NCBI GenBank assembly: GCA_963762255.1
Contig: CAVXKA010000003.1
Span: 912,203-976,202, forward strand
DNA length: 64,000 nucleotides
Origin: Candidatus Eiseniibacteriota bacterium
GTDB taxonomy: Bacteria > Eisenbacteria > RBG-16-71-46 > JABDJR01
Reading direction: 5' to 3'
Position numbers and translations under genes: made by a program. Positions 29,138 through 38,256 of this stretch are shown piece by piece. The notes under the pieces are model-generated. The model did no database searches. It was not told where the DNA came from and worked only from the letters and a program-made list of their open reading frames with translations. Positions within the stretch are counted from its first letter, which is position 1. The number at the start of each line of letters is the position of its first letter.

Positions 29138-29806
29138 CTAATCGCGCCAGACGAAGTCGATGAGTAGAAACGCCAGGGTGATCATCACACCGGCGTAGGA
29201 CACCAGAAGCTGCATCTCTGTTCCCGCGTCGGCGAAACCTTCTCCGGACATCGCCTTACGGGTAAGCCCCACCCCGGCAATCAGGACCGGCACCAAGATC
29301 GGGAAGGAGAGCACGGTAAAAAGTGCGCCCTTGACCCCGGCCTGCGAAACGATAGCCGCCACCAGCGTGCTCGATGCGGCCAGAGCGACGCTCCCCAGCG
29401 CCAAACCAGCAAGAAGCAGACCCCAGTTCGCCTCCCGCACGGGCAGGAATACTTGAAACAGAGGGATCAGAATGACATCGAGGAGGAACAGCAGCGCCAA
29501 GTTGAAAAGGAGTTTCCCCAGATAGATCTGGGGCCCGGATGCCGTGAGCCTCAGCGCCAGCTCCGTCCCTCGCTCCGCTTCGACAACAAAGGTACGCGAG
29601 AGACCGGCCATCGCGGCGAAAAACAAAATTATCCAGATTAGAGAAGCGTGGACTTCGGGCGCGAGGGCGAACCCTCCCAGGGAGTAGCTGACCACGGTCA
29701 GCGTCACCACCGCGAAGAGGACGACGGCGTTCAGCGCGGCCCGGGTCCGCACCTCCGACCGGACGTCCTTGGAGAGGATGGCCAGCGCCCCGCTAAGCCA
29801 GCGCAA
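29138..29806 (-). CDS. ccmB: Heme exporter CcmB
   Basis: KDVRSEVR, EAERGT, LSFPILVP; TTG start at 29806 after GGGAGG. Confidence 0.88.
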   Translation of the reverse strand: MRWLSGALAILSKDVRSEVRTRAALNAVVLFAVVTLTVVSYSLGGFALAPEVHASLIWIILFFAAMAGLSRTFVVEAERGTELALRLTASGPQIYLGKLLFNLALLFLLDVILIPLFQVFLPVREANWGLLLAGLALGSVALAASSTLVAAIVSQAGVKGALFTVLSFPILVPVLIAGVGLTRKAMSGEGFADAGTEMQLLVSYAGVMITLAFLLIDFVWRD

Positions 29807-30410
29807 GGGTGGTCCTCCCAAGCGCGAACTCCGCCGGATCGTTGCTGGCGATGACGACGATCCCTCCCGCCGCCGCCGATTCCTCGACGGCGCTCGCCAC
29901 CAGGGCCCGCCCCGCGTCATCCAGGTTGGAGCCCGGTTCGTCGAGCAGGAGCAACTTGGGCGCCGCCTGAAGCACGAAGGCGAGCTTTGCCCGCTGGCGC
30001 ATGCCGGTGGAGAGAGTTCCGATTGCGTCGTGCGCGCGCGCACCGAGGCCCAGACGCTTGAGCAGCGCGAGATCGCGGGCTTCGTCCCGTCCCAAGCCCC
30101 TCAACCGTCCGAAGAAATCCAGGTTCTCGAGCGCGGAGAACTCCTCGTAGAGGACAAGGTCCGGGCCGAGGTAGGACGTGACGTGACGGCGCCAGTCGGC
30201 GTCGCGCTCCTCGCCCGAATCCAGGAGGCGAATTCGCCCGCCGGTGGGAGCAAGCACGCCGCAAAGCACCTTCAGGAGCGTGCTCTTGCCGCTTCCGTTG
30301 GGGCCGCGGACTAGAAGCCGGTCGCCCCCCTGGAGCGAAGTGGTGATGCCGGTGAGAACCCGGCGGTCGCCGAAGGACCGCTCGAGGGCTTCGATGTGGA
30401 GTTCAACCAT
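29793..30410 (-). CDS. ccmA: Heme ABC exporter ATPase CcmA
   Basis: GPNGSGKST, LSTGMRQR, LLLLDEP. Confidence 0.9.
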   Translation of the reverse strand: MVELHIEALERSFGDRRVLTGITTSLQGGDRLLVRGPNGSGKSTLLKVLCGVLAPTGGRIRLLDSGEERDADWRRHVTSYLGPDLVLYEEFSALENLDFFGRLRGLGRDEARDLALLKRLGLGARAHDAIGTLSTGMRQRAKLAFVLQAAPKLLLLDEPGSNLDDAGRALVASAVEESAAAGGIVVIASNDPAEFALGRTTLALA

Positions 30411-30454
30411 GAGCCGGGAATCTTATCATCCCGCCTGATATACTCAATCGCCTT

Positions 30455-32323
30455 ATGCCCGGCTCCGCCGAGACTCACCCCTTCCGCGAGATGCTCCGCA
30501 CCCACGTCGTCGTGTTCGACGGGGCCATGGGCACCATGCTCTACGGAGCGGGAATCCCCTACTCCCAGTGTTTCGACGCTCTCAACCTCTCCCGCCCCGA
30601 TCTCGTGCGCGGTATCCACGAGGCCTACCTGCGGGCAGGTGCCGAGATCCTGGAGACGAACACCTTCGGCGCCAACCGGTTTCGGTTAGGGGAGGCCAAC
30701 GAGTTCGCCCGGCTGCGTGCGATCAACCACGCCGGAGTACGTCTGGCCAAGGAGGCGGCGGCCGGAAAGGCACTGGTCGCCGGGTCGATCGGACCGCTTG
30801 GCAAGCACCTGGCTCCCATCGGGAGCCTGACCGCGGCTGAGGCCGAGTCCGCCTACCGCGAGCAAGCCGACGCCCTGGCCGAGGCCGGGGCGGATCTCCT
30901 GGTCCTGGAGACCATGACCAACCTGGAGGAGATGCTGGTCGCGGTGCGCGCCGCGCGCCGCACGCCCCTCCCGGTCGTGGCCCTCATGACCTTCAACGAA
31001 GAGGGCAAGACGCTGGTCGGCAACAAGCCGCAAGAGGTGGCGCGCGCGCTCTGTGCCGAGGGCGTGAGCGCGATCGGCGCCAACTGCAGCGTGGGCCCTC
31101 AGGGGATCCTCGAGGTGCTCGAGAAGCTCGTGCCCGCTTCCAGCGTTCCCGTCGTCGCGATGCCCAACGCGGGACTCCCGAGCCTCATGGGCGGGCGCTA
31201 CGTCTATCTCTCGTCCCCCGAGTACATCGGCGAATTCGCCCGGAGAGCGGTGGAGCTGGGCGTGGCCGCGGTGGGGGGCTGCTGCGGAACCACCCCGGAG
31301 CACATCGCGGCGATGGCGGCGGCCGTGAAGGGGCTCAAGCCCCGCACGCATGCCGGCGGGCCCGGTGTGCTCATGCGCGAGGCCACCGTGCCGCGTGCCG
31401 CCGCGTCCCCGGCAGGCCCGTCGATGCCCGCCTCGGAGCGCAAGCCCGGCTTCTACGAAATGCTCGGCACGCGGTTCGCCATCTCGGTCGAGATCGACCC
31501 GCCGCGCGGGCTTCAAGTCGAGCGATTCGTGGCGAGCGCGGTCTATCTGAAGGGGAAGGGCGCCGACGCGATCAACGTGGCCGATAGTCCTCTGGCGCGG
31601 CCGCGCATGAGCCCCACCGCGTTCTGCCACATCATCCAGCGCGACGCGGGCATCGAGACGATCCTCCACGTCTCCTGCCGCGATCGCAACGTGATCGCCA
31701 CGCAGTCGGAGCTGATGGGGGCGCACGCGCTCGGCATCCGCAACGTCATCGCGGTGACCGGCGATCCGGTTCAGGTGGGGGGCTACGTCGGCGCCAGCGA
31801 CGTATTCGACCTCGACTCGGTGTCGCTCACCCGCATGATCTCGCAGCTCAATCGCGGACAGGACCTGACCGGGATGGCGGTGGACGAGCCGACGCAGTTC
31901 CGCGTCTGCGTGGCCGCGAACCCGACCGCGGTGGACCTGGACGTGGAGATCGAGAAGCTCCGTCGCAAGATCGGGAGCGGCGCGCACTTCATCTTCACCC
32001 AGCCGGTCTACGACGCGAGCGACCTTTCGAGATTTCTCGATCGCTTTGGACCGCTGCCGATCCCGCTATGCGTGGGCATCCTGCCGCTGCGCAGCGCCCG
32101 CCACGCCGAATTCATCCACAACGAGGTGCCGGGGATGTCGGTGCCGGAGCGCATCCGCGAGCGCATGCTCCGCGCGGGCGAGCGCGGGCTCGAGGAAGGC
32201 ACCGCCATCGCGATCGAGATCCTGCGCGATGCGCGCCCGCTGTGCAGCGGCGCCTACCTCATGCCGCCCTTCAACCGGTTCGAGATGGCGGGAGGGATCC
32301 TCGAGGCGTTCGCGGACCGCTAG
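30455..32323 (+). CDS. Bifunctional homocysteine S-methyltransferase / methylenetetrahydrofolate reductase (YitJ-type)
   Basis: FDGAMGT, GANCSVGP, GGCCGTTP; MTHFR half with CRDRN, TGDP, TQPVY. Confidence 0.93.
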   Translation: MPGSAETHPFREMLRTHVVVFDGAMGTMLYGAGIPYSQCFDALNLSRPDLVRGIHEAYLRAGAEILETNTFGANRFRLGEANEFARLRAINHAGVRLAKEAAAGKALVAGSIGPLGKHLAPIGSLTAAEAESAYREQADALAEAGADLLVLETMTNLEEMLVAVRAARRTPLPVVALMTFNEEGKTLVGNKPQEVARALCAEGVSAIGANCSVGPQGILEVLEKLVPASSVPVVAMPNAGLPSLMGGRYVYLSSPEYIGEFARRAVELGVAAVGGCCGTTPEHIAAMAAAVKGLKPRTHAGGPGVLMREATVPRAAASPAGPSMPASERKPGFYEMLGTRFAISVEIDPPRGLQVERFVASAVYLKGKGADAINVADSPLARPRMSPTAFCHIIQRDAGIETILHVSCRDRNVIATQSELMGAHALGIRNVIAVTGDPVQVGGYVGASDVFDLDSVSLTRMISQLNRGQDLTGMAVDEPTQFRVCVAANPTAVDLDVEIEKLRRKIGSGAHFIFTQPVYDASDLSRFLDRFGPLPIPLCVGILPLRSARHAEFIHNEVPGMSVPERIRERMLRAGERGLEEGTAIAIEILRDARPLCSGAYLMPPFNRFEMAGGILEAFADR

Positions 32324-33432
32324 CGCCTCCGTCCGCGCGGGTACATCGAGTCCTGTACTCCCACCCACGTGCGCTTCAAGTGCGCCATCGCCGCGATGCG
32401 CCGCTCGGCGAGTTGGTTCGCTGCCACCGACGTGGGGATGTTCTCCTTCTTGGCGATCTCGAAGACCTCGGTGAGGATCGGATCGATCTGCTCTACCTGC
32501 ACCTTGGCGCGATCCTGGTTGTACCCCTCGAGCTCGTTGGCCACGTTGATGAGCCCGCCGGCGTTGATCACGAAGTCGGGGGCGTAGAGGATCCCCTTCT
32601 CCTTCACCAGCCGGCCGTGCTTTTCCTCGACTTCGAGCTGGTTGTTGGCCGCGCCGGCGATGATCTTGAACTTGAAGCGATCGAGGGTGTCGTCGGTCAC
32701 CACCTTGCCCAGCGCGCAGGGCGCGAAGATGTCCGCCTTCACATCGTAGATCGCGTCCGGGGCGACCGCCTCGGCGTGGAACTCGTCCACCACGCGGCGC
32801 ACCCGTTCCTCGTCGATGTCGGTCACGTAGAGCTTCACGCCTTCATCGTGGAGGTACTTGGCGAGGTACTGCCCGGTGTGGCCGAGGCCCTGGATGGCCA
32901 CCTTGAATCCCGAGAGATCGTCGGTGCCGTGCACCCACTTGGTGCAGGCTTTGATCCCATGGTACACACCCCACGAGGTCATCGGCGAGGGATCGCCGCT
33001 TCCACCCAGCGCACGGGCGACGCCGGTGACGTACGGCGTTTCCTGCCGCACCCACTCCATGTCGGTCACGCTTGTCCCCACGTCCTCCGCGGTGATGTAG
33101 CGCCCGCCCAGGCCGTGCACGAAGCGACCGAGGGATCGGAAGAGCGCCTCGCTCTTCTGGGTCCGGGAGTCCCCGATGATGACGGCCTTGCCGCCGCCCA
33201 GGTTCAACCCCGCCGCCGCCGCCTTGTAGGTCATGCCGCGGGAGAGACGGAGCACGTCCTCGAGAGCCTCCGCCTCGTTGGCGAAGGTCCACATGCGGCA
33301 ACCACCCAGCGCGGGGCCGAGCACGGTGTTGTGGATCGCGATGATGGCCTTGAGTCCGGTGGTCTTGTCGGAACAGAACACCACCTGCTCGTGGTCCCGT
33401 TGACCCATCAGATCGAAGACGCCGGTGGGCAT
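32320..33432 (-). CDS. Leucine (Glu/Leu/Phe/Val) dehydrogenase
   Basis: LGPALGGCRM, GMTYK, GGGKAVI, TAEDVGT, GAANNQL, PDFVINAGG. Confidence 0.93.
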   Translation of the reverse strand: MPTGVFDLMGQRDHEQVVFCSDKTTGLKAIIAIHNTVLGPALGGCRMWTFANEAEALEDVLRLSRGMTYKAAAAGLNLGGGKAVIIGDSRTQKSEALFRSLGRFVHGLGGRYITAEDVGTSVTDMEWVRQETPYVTGVARALGGSGDPSPMTSWGVYHGIKACTKWVHGTDDLSGFKVAIQGLGHTGQYLAKYLHDEGVKLYVTDIDEERVRRVVDEFHAEAVAPDAIYDVKADIFAPCALGKVVTDDTLDRFKFKIIAGAANNQLEVEEKHGRLVKEKGILYAPDFVINAGGLINVANELEGYNQDRAKVQVEQIDPILTEVFEIAKKENIPTSVAANQLAERRIAAMAHLKRTWVGVQDSMYPRGRRR

Positions 33433-33625
33433 GAAGGCCTCCTTCTCGAGGTTGAGATGCAAGAGCGCTGTCGGCACGGGGGGCGGGAGGAGTACCGGGG
33501 TGGCGCGCACTGGAGCGAACAGGATAGTGAGCCGCGCCGAGGAGTGTCAACGCGCACGGCCTTGTCCGGGCCCGGGCTCGGTGCTACCGTGAACGCGCTT
33601 CTCCACTATCCTGGGAGGATTCCCG

Positions 33626-35071
33626 TTGAGTCATGCGCGCCCGATCCGCGAACCGGCGGTGGCGGGTACGTTCTACCCGAGCGATGCCGGGCAACTGACC
33701 GCACTGGTGGACGGCCTTCTGCGGGATGCCACGTGCGGACTCGAGCCCGACCGCGATCTCAAGGCCCTCGCCTGCCCTCACGCGGGGTACGCGTACTCGG
33801 GGCAGGTGGCCGCGGAAGCGTTTGCGTGCCTGCGCGGGCGGTCCTTCACGACCGCGGTGTTGGTCGGCCCGGATCACTACATCGGCTTCGAGGGCATCGC
33901 GGTCTATCCCGCCGGCGCGTTTCGCACGCCGCTCGGCGATGCGACGGTGGATGAGGAGCTGGCCGATCTCTTCCTGGAGGCGGGCGAAGGCGTGACGGCG
34001 GCCCCCGAGGCCCATCGACGCGAGCACTCTCTCGAGGTGCTGATCCCCTTCCTGCAGCGCGTGCTCCCCGAAGTGCGCATCGTCCCGGTGTTGATGGGCT
34101 TTCGTTCGCGCAGCAACGTCGAGGTGCTGGCGAATCTTCTCTCGCGCGCGCTCGACAACCCCAAGGTTCTGCTCATCGCCTCGACGGATCTCTCGCACTA
34201 CCATCCGCGCGACGTGGCCAAGAAGCTCGACTCGCGGGTCACCGAGCACGTGCGCGCCTTCGCGCCGACTTCGCTCTGGGAAGATCTGCACGAGGGGCGG
34301 GCGGAGGCCTGCGGAGGCGATTCGCTGGTTGCGGTGATGCTGGGAGCGGGGATCGCAGGCGCCGAGGCCTCGCGGGTGCTCTCCTACAGGGACAGCGGAG
34401 ACGCGAGCGGTGAAACGAAGAGCGTGGTGGGCTACCTTTCCGCCGCCTTCTACCGCGGCATGCCGCCGCAGAAGATGGAGTTCATGGCCTACGAGCGGGA
34501 GTTGATGCCCTCCGAGGCCGACTCGCTGCTGCGTCTGGCCTACGAGTCCGCGCGCACCTCGGCGCTCTCACCCTACCCGGTGCTGGAGTTGCGGCACATC
34601 ACCGACACGCTTCGCGCGCCCGGGCGGGCGTTCGTGACCCTGCGGCACGGGCATGATCTGCGCGGCTGCATCGGCACGGTGCGCGCCGATCGACCTCTAT
34701 GGGAAACGGTCGCGCGGGCGGCGCGCGCTGCCGCGAACGAGGATCCGCGCTTCGATCCGGTCGAAGCCGACGAGATGGACGATCTCACCATCGAGGTGAG
34801 CGTGCTCGGCGCGCCCCGCGAGGTGGAGGATCCCGACGAAGTGGTGGCCGGCCGCCACGGCGTCATCATCAGCGAAGGTCGCCACTTCGGGCTGCTCCTG
34901 CCGCAGCTCGCCGACGAATACGGATGGGACCGCGAGACGCTCCTGAGTCAGGCCTGTGTCAAGGCCGGGCTCGCGCCCGACGCCTGGAAGACGGGTGCGC
35001 GCGTCAGCGTGTTCGAGGCTCAGGTCTTTCAAGCGGGGCCCGGGAAGCCGGCCATGAACGGGGGCACATGA
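33626..35071 (+). CDS. AmmeMemoRadiSam system protein B (Memo)-protein A (AMMECR1) fusion
   Basis: AVAGTFYP, PHAGYAYSG, EHSLEV, STDLSHY; then FVTL...LRGCIG, EDPRF, GLLLPQ, KAGL. Confidence 0.9.
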   Translation: MSHARPIREPAVAGTFYPSDAGQLTALVDGLLRDATCGLEPDRDLKALACPHAGYAYSGQVAAEAFACLRGRSFTTAVLVGPDHYIGFEGIAVYPAGAFRTPLGDATVDEELADLFLEAGEGVTAAPEAHRREHSLEVLIPFLQRVLPEVRIVPVLMGFRSRSNVEVLANLLSRALDNPKVLLIASTDLSHYHPRDVAKKLDSRVTEHVRAFAPTSLWEDLHEGRAEACGGDSLVAVMLGAGIAGAEASRVLSYRDSGDASGETKSVVGYLSAAFYRGMPPQKMEFMAYERELMPSEADSLLRLAYESARTSALSPYPVLELRHITDTLRAPGRAFVTLRHGHDLRGCIGTVRADRPLWETVARAARAAANEDPRFDPVEADEMDDLTIEVSVLGAPREVEDPDEVVAGRHGVIISEGRHFGLLLPQLADEYGWDRETLLSQACVKAGLAPDAWKTGARVSVFEAQVFQAGPGKPAMNGGT

Positions 35072-35610
35072 ACCTGCTCGACATTGCGCTCATCGCCATC
35101 GTTTTGTTCTCGATCGGGGCCGGGGTGTGGAAGGGGCTCGTGCGCGAGATCCTGAACATCGTGGGCGTCTTGGCCGCGATCCTTCTCTCGCTCATGCTGG
35201 CCTCGTCTCTGGCCCCTCGTATGAGTTCGATCCTTCCCTACGGCACGAGCGGCTACGCGGAGTCGTTGATCGTGATCTTCGTGGTGACGCTGATCGCGGC
35301 GACCCTGATCGCGCACCTGCTCACCAAAGTGATCGAGGCGGTGAAGCTGGGCGGCGTGAATCGGGCGCTGGGGGGCGTCTTCGGGCTGGTTCGTGGCGTA
35401 CTGATCGGGCTCTTCCTCGTGCTCGGCCTCGCGCTGTTCTTACCCTCTGGATCTTCGGTGCTGGCCGAGTCGAAGCTCACCCCGTTCCTGGGGCTGGGGG
35501 CTCGGGCGTTGGCCCCTCTTCTGCCCGATCAATCGGAAGACCTGCTCCTTCGGCGTCTGGATGCGCTCCCGCGTCCGGGCCAACCGGCGCCGCCGTCCGA
35601 CTCCGTATAG
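35068..35610 (+). CDS. CvpA family membrane protein
   Basis: MNLLDI...GVWKGLVRE, NRALGGVFGLVRG, ESKL. Confidence 0.85.
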   Translation: MNLLDIALIAIVLFSIGAGVWKGLVREILNIVGVLAAILLSLMLASSLAPRMSSILPYGTSGYAESLIVIFVVTLIAATLIAHLLTKVIEAVKLGGVNRALGGVFGLVRGVLIGLFLVLGLALFLPSGSSVLAESKLTPFLGLGARALAPLLPDQSEDLLLRRLDALPRPGQPAPPSDSV

Positions 35611-36556
35611 GCGAGCGGCGTCCGGCGAACACCGCGGGGCGTCCCATGCGCCGCAGCGTTGCATCCACCCGCTCCGGTCTCCCCCAATCGCTCCACTCCA
35701 CGTCGCGGAGCGGCAACACGAGAAGGCGGTCGAGCACGCGCGCGAGAACGTCCTGGGAGAAGTCGCGACGAGGCGCGGTCTCGTAGAGCGCCGTGACCGC
35801 GCGCGCGAGGCGCGGGGCGAGTTCGTGGCCGGGGGTGAGCAGGCGGTGAAATGCTTCGAAACGCGCCATCTCACTGCCCAAGGTCGTGTGCCCGACATCC
35901 CACAGCGTGCGGGCCTTGCCGACTACGATGAAGGTGCTCCAGAGGCAGCCCTGCCGGAAGAGGCGGCTCGCGACCACGAGCGGAGGCTTCTCGTGGAAGG
36001 CCTTCACGCGCGAGGGAAGCCCGGCGCGCCAGGTACGTTCCCAGGCCGCGGGTTGACCCTCGGGTTCGATCCAGCCGAAATCCGTCTCGGGCCCGCGCGC
36101 GTCGACGCCGAGCAGGATGACGCGGTCCGGATAGTGGCGGATCAGGTCGGTCGCGCGAGTGACCGCGGCCACGAACGCGCCTTCCGGACGGATGAAGTGA
36201 TCGGAGGGGAGAAGGAGCACGTCGGCGTCGGGATCCAGGGTCAGGATGGCGGCCAGGGAGAAGTAGACCGCGAAGGCCGTGCCGCGGTCGTAGGGTTGCT
36301 CCAGAATCCGGCCGCGCAACGCGCCCGGGTCCGAGATGAACGCGCGATGGCCCGGGCTGATCACGATGATGACGCGATCGCCACCGACGACGCTCGCCGC
36401 ACGCGCCGTGGTGTGATCGAGCAGCGAGCGCGTGCCGGTGAACGTGCAGTATTGCTTGGGTCGATCCTCGCCGAGCCAGTCGCGGATCGCCGCGCGCATG
36501 CGCGCGCCTTGCCCGCCGGCCAGGACCACCGCCCACGGGGCCGAACGCGTGGGCAT
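35477..36556 (-). CDS. Mannose-1-phosphate guanylyltransferase-like sugar nucleotidyltransferase
   Basis: VLAGGQG.R, PKQYC, EQPYDRGT, LPSDH, FHEKP, WSDWGRP. ATG 36556 follows GGAGG; the tail overlaps cvpA. Confidence 0.82.
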   Translation of the reverse strand: MPTRSAPWAVVLAGGQGARMRAAIRDWLGEDRPKQYCTFTGTRSLLDHTTARAASVVGGDRVIIVISPGHRAFISDPGALRGRILEQPYDRGTAFAVYFSLAAILTLDPDADVLLLPSDHFIRPEGAFVAAVTRATDLIRHYPDRVILLGVDARGPETDFGWIEPEGQPAAWERTWRAGLPSRVKAFHEKPPLVVASRLFRQGCLWSTFIVVGKARTLWDVGHTTLGSEMARFEAFHRLLTPGHELAPRLARAVTALYETAPRRDFSQDVLARVLDRLLVLPLRDVEWSDWGRPERVDATLRRMGRPAVFAGRRSPIRSRTAAPVGPDAGAHPDAEGAGLPIDRAEEGPTPEPPAPGTG

Positions 36557-36672
36557 CCGGTAGCCTCCTTCCCCAAGTCCGGGAACGACTCTACACCTTT
36601 GCGCGGCGCACGGGGGAGGGCGATGAGGTGACGATTGCATGGCGGCGGGGCATAGCGGGGCGCGGCGGCGCA

Positions 36673-36704
36673 CGGTGTCGAGGTGTCGCGGTGTCTCGGT
36701 GTCA
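36673..36704. repeat. Four tandem 8-bp units with GGTGTC core
   Basis: cggtgtcg aggtgtcg cggtgtct cggtgtca. Confidence 0.7.
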
Positions 36705-36742
36705 CGCCCACCCGGCTCGCCCACGCCCGCGGCTTCGCGTGC

Positions 36743-36815
36743 GCCCGTCGTCCTCGCCGACGGGTCCCCCGCTTCGCGGCCCGTCGGACTGCGGTCGACG
36801 GGCGTCACGCTACGC
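36743..36815 (-). repeat. REP-like structured repeat, left copy
   Basis: 65/73 identical to the reverse complement of 38177-38249; GTAG on minus strand at 36810-36813; nested stems. Confidence 0.88.
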
Positions 36816-37277
36816 CGCGGAGGTGCCACCCGGGTGAGCATCGATCCCGGAACCCCGCCGCAGCGGCCACGCATCAACCGCGTTGCTGCGCTCGTGGATC
36901 ATCCGGTGACAGGCAGCGCACAGGGTGATGAGGTTGTCGGGATCGTTCGTGCCACCGTGTTCGCGCGGCACGATGTGGTGCACGTCCAGGAAATGCGCGC
37001 CCCCGCACCCGGCGGTGCGACACCGATGACCGTCACGTGCGAGCACCTCTCGCCGCACCGACGGAGGGATGGTCGCGCGGTTAGTTTGACCCTTTCGGTG
37101 TACGCGCGCATCGCAGAGCGCGGTCTCCAACGTCCTGGGCGCGATGGGCATCGCCCCCCGCCCCGTCGCGATCTCAGCTCGACCGCAGGTCTCACATTGG
37201 CGAATGACGATCTGGTAGCGGGGCGCGGATGACACGGGAGTCGCATTCGCCGCCGGTATGTTGCCCCGGGTGATCAC
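36810..37277 (-). CDS. HNH endonuclease (C-terminal half of split DUF222-like/HNH gene)
   Basis: IPPSVRREVLARDGHRCRTAGC...DVHHIVP..GGTNDPDNLITLCAACHRMIH. Confidence 0.88.
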   Translation of the reverse strand: MITRGNIPAANATPVSSAPRYQIVIRQCETCGRAEIATGRGAMPIAPRTLETALCDARVHRKGQTNRATIPPSVRREVLARDGHRCRTAGCGGAHFLDVHHIVPREHGGTNDPDNLITLCAACHRMIHERSNAVDAWPLRRGSGIDAHPGGTSAA

Positions 37278-38041
37278 GTCCGGGTTCCGCCCGCTCCGCG
37301 CGCGGGCGGTGCACTGCCGAAGTTGCCCCGGGTGAGCATTTCCCGCGCGGCAAGGAACAACTCTTCGCGAGATCCACGCGCACCGGTCTTGCGCGCTTGC
37401 TCCAGGATCGCTTCATACCGCGCGTACTGCTCCGGCGAAAGTTGGAACGATACCGTGACCGGGACTTCCGTCACCGGGCTCACGACTGCGCCGTCCACCG
37501 CATCATAGGTTCCGGCCGCCTGCCCATTCGCCGCCAGCAGTTCCCCTTGCCCTGGTGCCCGCCGCCGGGAACGCGCCGCCCCCTGCGTCGCCGCCACCCG
37601 CTGCTCCAGCTCGCGCCGTCCGGTGGTCCGAGCCTGCTCGACCCAGAACGACTCCGTCTCCGGCGTGGCCACCTTCACGACCTCCCGGGCCTTCGTCCAC
37701 GGCACCGTTCCGGTAGCGACCGACTCCTTCAACGCCGGCAGTGCTTCGAAGGACCGACACAGTCGCAGGAAGTACGCGGTCCTCGCCCGAGAGAACCCCA
37801 GTCTCTCTCGCGCATAGTGGTGGATGCTCGAGCACCCGAACTCCAAGTAGAGCTTGCGGGCGAGGATCTCTCCGAACCAGATCACCGCGTTCTTGCGCGA
37901 AGCGTCCAGGTCGCCTAACGCGGCGACCAAGCGCACTTCGACCTCGACGGCGGGGAGCGCAGCCGTGCTCACCCGGGTGAGCACGGCCCCCTCAAGCAAC
38001 ACGGCGGTGTCAGTGTGAAGTGCAGTGGTTTCAGCGGACAT
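37274..38041 (-). CDS. DUF222-like helical protein (N-terminal half of split DUF222-like/HNH gene)
   Basis: LYLEFGCSSIHHYARERLGFS, LPALKESVATGTVPWTKAREV; GGAGG RBS; GTGA overlap with the HNH ORF. Confidence 0.7.
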   Translation of the reverse strand: MSAETTALHTDTAVLLEGAVLTRVSTAALPAVEVEVRLVAALGDLDASRKNAVIWFGEILARKLYLEFGCSSIHHYARERLGFSRARTAYFLRLCRSFEALPALKESVATGTVPWTKAREVVKVATPETESFWVEQARTTGRRELEQRVAATQGAARSRRRAPGQGELLAANGQAAGTYDAVDGAVVSPVTEVPVTVSFQLSPEQYARYEAILEQARKTGARGSREELFLAAREMLTRGNFGSAPPARGAGGTRT

Positions 38042-38094
38042 GACGGTCCCTCCGTGGACGGGTGGAAGGACGGGGGAAGTGGGCGGGCACGAAG

Positions 38095-38123
38095 AATCTA
38101 TCGCGACTATACGGATATGTCAA
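38095..38123 (-). promoter_or_regulatory. Sigma70 promoter for the DUF222-like/HNH gene
   Basis: Minus strand TTGACA (38123-38118), 17 nt, TAGATT (38100-38095) in an AT-rich patch. Confidence 0.75.
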
Positions 38124-38176
38124 CAATAAAATGACGTATTCGTTGAAAAACTTGTAGACGGATGCGCATGCGCTGC

Positions 38177-38256
38177 GCGTAGCGGGTTGCCCGTCGGCCG
38201 CAGTCCGAATGGCCGCGAAGCGGGGGCCCCTTCGGCGAGGACGACGGGCAACCCGC
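38177..38256 (+). repeat. REP-like structured repeat, right copy
   Basis: GTAG 38179-38182; perfect 15-bp stem 38182-38196/38242-38256; internal CCGCGAAGCGG hairpin. Confidence 0.88.

Noticed and set aside
35477-35610. 134-bp convergent overlap of cvpA and the nucleotidyltransferase gene
   Set aside because: Both tails are low-complexity; most simply a stop-codon drift in GC-rich DNA.
36743-38256. CRISPR array or classical IS element
   Set aside because: Only two inverted copies with no spacers or cas genes; no DDE/HUH transposase and no clear target-site duplication.
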